Shown piece after piece: positions 16,915 to 20,000 of a DNA stretch of 20,000 nucleotides. Source of the stretch: an uncultured virus (IMG/VR IMGVR_UViG_3300009785_002875) (Duplodnaviria; Heunggongvirae; Uroviricota; Caudoviricetes); IMG/VR virus record IMGVR_UViG_3300009785_002875, one strand, 5' to 3'. Each line of letters begins with the position of its first letter. Within the stretch, counting starts at the first letter, position 1. The notes beneath the pieces were generated by a model. It saw only the letters and a list, made by a program, of their open reading frames with translations. It was not told the origin of the DNA and did no database searches. The position numbers and the translations under genes are program-made.

Positions 16915-18236
16915 TCGAACTTGGTGATTGTAAATTCAGGCATATTAATAACAAATTTACGGTCTGCTGCTGTTGCAACTCTATTCTCGTTACTGTGTTT
17001 CAATTGTGGTGGATTTCTAAACGATTGTCCAAGTCTAAGTTTTAACTCGGGATATTTCTTTATATGTTCTGCAGTTGCTTTGAGACGGTATGGTTCATTA
17101 ACACTATTAGGAGATTCTAATTCGCCCATACCTTTTGCTATTAGGTTAGTTTCTCCAAAGATTTCTGGAAATTCAGATTTTAAGTAGTTAACTATAGTTT
17201 CCGCTCTCTTTTGACTTAAACATAAATTATACTGTGCTCTAGTAGTTGTACCACCTGGACTACAATCACTTACATCACCACCCCCTACTTCATCAGATTT
17301 TGCGTCTATAGAAGAATAAGCGTTAACAATAATATCTTTACCTTTAATTGAACTGTTAATATATTGTTCATAGGCACCCTCCTCTTCTAATTTACCTACC
17401 AACCTATCTAACCCCGCTTTAATTTCATTTTTAGCGTTTTCGGTTATATCTGGTGAATCAAATTCAAATGGGTCTGTCACTTGTAATTTAAACACTATAT
17501 CTCTAGCGAATACATCTGGTATTTCAGGTTCAGTTTCAATTACTGGTGCTCTAAGAGTTAAAAAGGGTAAATAAGATGCTAGATTCCCACTACTAATAGA
17601 TATTAATGTATCTTTATTTACTTCTATAGCTGCACTATTACCACCTTGACCCTCAGTTAAAGGTAGTAAAATACTTGTTGGTACACCATCTTCCAAACTA
17701 AAGACATTTGGTTCGTACTTTTTTCTATTTTTTCTATTATTGTCACCTAAATATATTTCTATTTTACCAGCACCACCAACAGAATAAACCTCAATATTTA
17801 ATTTTAAATTTTGTATTTGTTTTTTTAGTTTATCTGAAGCTTCTGTATTTGTATTAAAGAAATAATTAAAGTCCTCATAACTATTTAATCCCTCAAACAA
17901 ACCTACACCACCAATAGAAACTGGTAACACAATAGGCTTATTTAAATTAATCTCTTGTCTCTGGGTTGCTGGATTTTCAATAAACCTTCTTTTTTTAGAG
18001 GACTCTTGGGTTTCTTTATTTGCTAGTTGTAAGAAAATTGAACCACTATTACTTGTTATGTAAAATTTCCAATTTTTTAATAATTCACCTTGTTTTTCTT
18101 TAATTAAGTCATTTAACACTCTACTCATTGGTCCTTCTACAATTTCTTGACCAACAACAGTTTTTACTTTTTGTTCGTTAATAACTCCCATTATTTCACG
18201 AACTCTATTAATTTCAGCTAAGACATTCTTTTTCAT
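16911..18236 (-). CDS. Protein with C-terminal OmpA-like (peptidoglycan-binding-type) domain
   Basis: FEFDSPDITENAK, IIVNAYSS, YNLCLSQKRAETIVNYLK, LIAKGMGE, ADRKFVI. Leader MKKNVLAEINRVREIMGVINEQ instead of a signal peptide. TATTTA at 18243-18248. Confidence 0.8.
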   Translation of the reverse strand: MKKNVLAEINRVREIMGVINEQKVKTVVGQEIVEGPMSRVLNDLIKEKQGELLKNWKFYITSNSGSIFLQLANKETQESSKKRRFIENPATQRQEINLNKPIVLPVSIGGVGLFEGLNSYEDFNYFFNTNTEASDKLKKQIQNLKLNIEVYSVGGAGKIEIYLGDNNRKNRKKYEPNVFSLEDGVPTSILLPLTEGQGGNSAAIEVNKDTLISISSGNLASYLPFLTLRAPVIETEPEIPDVFARDIVFKLQVTDPFEFDSPDITENAKNEIKAGLDRLVGKLEEEGAYEQYINSSIKGKDIIVNAYSSIDAKSDEVGGGDVSDCSPGGTTTRAQYNLCLSQKRAETIVNYLKSEFPEIFGETNLIAKGMGELESPNSVNEPYRLKATAEHIKKYPELKLRLGQSFRNPPQLKHSNENRVATAADRKFVINMPEFTITKFD

Positions 18237-18272
18237 ATAACATAAATACCTGAAACATTTATTAAAATATCT

Positions 18273-18356
18273 CGTATACTATAATACAATTAACTTAGTT
18301 GTTTAACTTAAATCCCATATCTTTACACTATGAAAAAATTAATCACATTCTTATTA
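18273..18356 (+). repeat. 84-bp direct repeat, copy 2
   Basis: Matches 16363-16446. The -7 element is TATCTTTA at 18318-18325. Confidence 0.9.
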
Positions 18357-18848
18357 ACCATACTGACTTTAGTGTCTTTTTCACAAGAAAGAGTTCCTGA
18401 GTTAGAAAAACTTATCTTTGACAAAGTTAATCAATTCCGTGTGTCTGAGGGTTTATTAGCTGTAAAATGGAATGATAAAGTTTATGATGCTGCTTATCAT
18501 CACGCTTATTATTTATCAGATAGAGATATAACCCTTTCTCACTACGAGGTAGAAGATAGAGAAAATTTTGTAGAAATGGAGAGAGCTCAGGACAGAATAA
18601 AACACTACTACAATAAAAACTCGTGGGGTATTGAGTGTTTAACCAGTATTAATTTTGTAAAATATGGTGGTGATTTAGAAAAATTAGCTCAAAGAGTTGT
18701 TAATTCTTGGATTACGTCTCCTAGTCATAGAAAGGGAATGTTGTTTGAATCTCCAAGTGGAACAACTTTAAAGTTTGGAGCTGTTAGTGTTTTAAAGGTT
18801 ACTGAGTTTTGTGAATGGGCTGTACCTGTCTTAGTTTTAGTTAATTGA
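18330..18848 (+). CDS. Secreted CAP/SCP-domain protein (paralog of 16420..16914)
   Basis: Signal peptide MKKLITFLLTILTLVSFSQ. Motifs VNQFRVSEGL, AAYHHAYYL, LSHYE, VVNSWITSPSHRKGML. Confidence 0.9.
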   Translation: MKKLITFLLTILTLVSFSQERVPELEKLIFDKVNQFRVSEGLLAVKWNDKVYDAAYHHAYYLSDRDITLSHYEVEDRENFVEMERAQDRIKHYYNKNSWGIECLTSINFVKYGGDLEKLAQRVVNSWITSPSHRKGMLFESPSGTTLKFGAVSVLKVTEFCEWAVPVLVLVN

Positions 18849-18853
18849 TTTTG

Positions 18854-20000
18854 TTAAGCTGATGGACCACCTAAGTCTTTACAGGTTACTTTCATACCCC
18901 AAACAGTACCATCTAAAGGTGCAAAAACTTGTAAATACATTTTATCAACACCCGCCACCTTTTCAAATTTTAAGGAACCATTAGTACCTACAACAGGTGG
19001 GAAACCCATTTTACCTAGTTTTTTAGACATCAACTCAGAATACTCTCCAGGACTACCAATCGCTTTTAATTCGTCGAATTCTTTTTGTAGCTTATTTATT
19101 TCTTTTTGGTTATTTGTTGTGTTTTTTGAAGAGTCATTTTTTTCACTATCTAAGTTATCATCCAACACCATCCATATATCGTTTATTTTATCCCAAACGT
19201 CCTTACCTTTAACAGTTTTAGATATTATCTTACCACTTCTGTTAGTTTTAGGGTTACCTTCATCATCATAACTTGCGTATCCGTCAGTAAAGTTTTTATT
19301 ATACTTCATTCTTTTCTTATCATTAAACATCTTACCAAAGAAACTTCTGGAACCTGGTTTGAATTTTTCAAAGAAATCTATAATCCATTCCCTACCTATC
19401 CTCTTAGGTGTTTCTATTCCGTGAGTAAATTTCAACATTCTCCTATTGGCACCTGATAATGACTTTGTTCTACCCTCAGCGTCTGTTACACCTTCCTCAT
19501 CACTAGTAATTCTTTTATTAAGTTTGTTAATTCTTTTTGTGTAACGATTCCAACAACTGGTCCCTTCGTCACAAGTTTTAAAATTATTTGATACAAATCC
19601 TTCCCCACCAGGACCACTACTAGTGTGTGTCACACCGTTATATGTTATTTGAAACATGTCTGGTATATGGTAAGCTGTAAATTGTAAAGTAACCTCACCT
19701 TCGGTGTCTAAACCTAAATCATACTCCATACCTTTGCCTTCGTTTTCTGGGTAAGCAGCGTACCCATAACCACCACCACTTTCTGTGCCTTTATTACCTT
19801 TTTTTCCTTTTTTACCACTACCACTTTTTGATGTGTTACATATATCTGGTAATTCAGCGAGTGTTTCAATAAATCCTGTTGCGAAAGCTTCAGCTCCTAA
19901 TTTTTGCCACCCCTTATATTTTGCATCGTTAGCGTCGTCATCAGCAGTAAATTCTGGTCCTTGTTCAATCCCACTTAAATCAGTGGTAAATTCTATATTG
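18854..20000 (-). CDS. Hypothetical protein, 5' end beyond the window edge
   Basis: Frame stays open from 19729 to the window end (...IEQGPEFTADDDANDAKYKGWQKL...ICNTSKSGSGKKGKKG...MEYDLG), so 19729 is not the real start. Confidence 0.85.
   Translation of the reverse strand, partial: NIEFTTDLSGIEQGPEFTADDDANDAKYKGWQKLGAEAFATGFIETLAELPDICNTSKSGSGKKGKKGNKGTESGGGYGYAAYPENEGKGMEYDLGLDTEGEVTLQFTAYHIPDMFQITYNGVTHTSSGPGGEGFVSNNFKTCDEGTSCWNRYTKRINKLNKRITSDEEGVTDAEGRTKSLSGANRRMLKFTHGIETPKRIGREWIIDFFEKFKPGSRSFFGKMFNDKKRMKYNKNFTDGYASYDDEGNPKTNRSGKIISKTVKGKDVWDKINDIWMVLDDNLDSEKNDSSKNTTNNQKEINKLQKEFDELKAIGSPGEYSELMSKKLGKMGFPPVVGTNGSLKFEKVAGVDKMYLQVFAPLDGTVWGMKVTCKDLGGPSA

Noticed and set aside
450..17187. 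Short ORFs opposite or inside long genes (450, 825, 5200, 5458, 6195, 6771, 9160, 9884, 10871, 11318, 11885, 14440, 14755, 16644, 16921)
   Set aside because: They overlap well-supported genes, have shadow-frame composition and lack start signals.
16363..18356. 84-bp repeats as transposon ends or att sites
   Set aside because: No transposase or integrase is present, and the repeats coincide with the promoters and starts of paralogous genes.
1..20000. Stop-codon reassignment, as seen in some large phages
   Set aside because: Coding density is high under the standard code, and TAG (1861-1863) and TGA (4430-4432) end genes exactly at convergent junctions.

Overview
AT-rich, densely coding window that looks like part of a jumbo phage infecting Bacteroidota. 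This assignment is inferred: host-like genes (clpC, deoC, tmRNA, an M28/M20 peptidase) sit among many orphan ORFs, with TAnnTTTG promoters and the standard genetic code. The strands divide into two classes. Plus-strand genes follow Bacteroidota sigma-A-like TTTG-N18-20-TAnnTTTG promoters, often apparently leaderless. Minus-strand genes follow a TATTTA(TA) motif, and most start with related short helical leaders ending in L/I-x-E(Q), which suggests late-expressed, head-packaged, protease-matured proteins. Highlights: (1) a DeoC plus nucleoside-deoxyribosyltransferase/hydrolase operon carrying these leaders; (2) a 1218-aa candidate polyprotein with internal L-x-E sites; (3) a tmRNA with an atypical 22-codon tag ending VAVS, near a ClpC; (4) duplicated promoter plus CAP-domain gene cassettes interleaved with OmpA-like genes.
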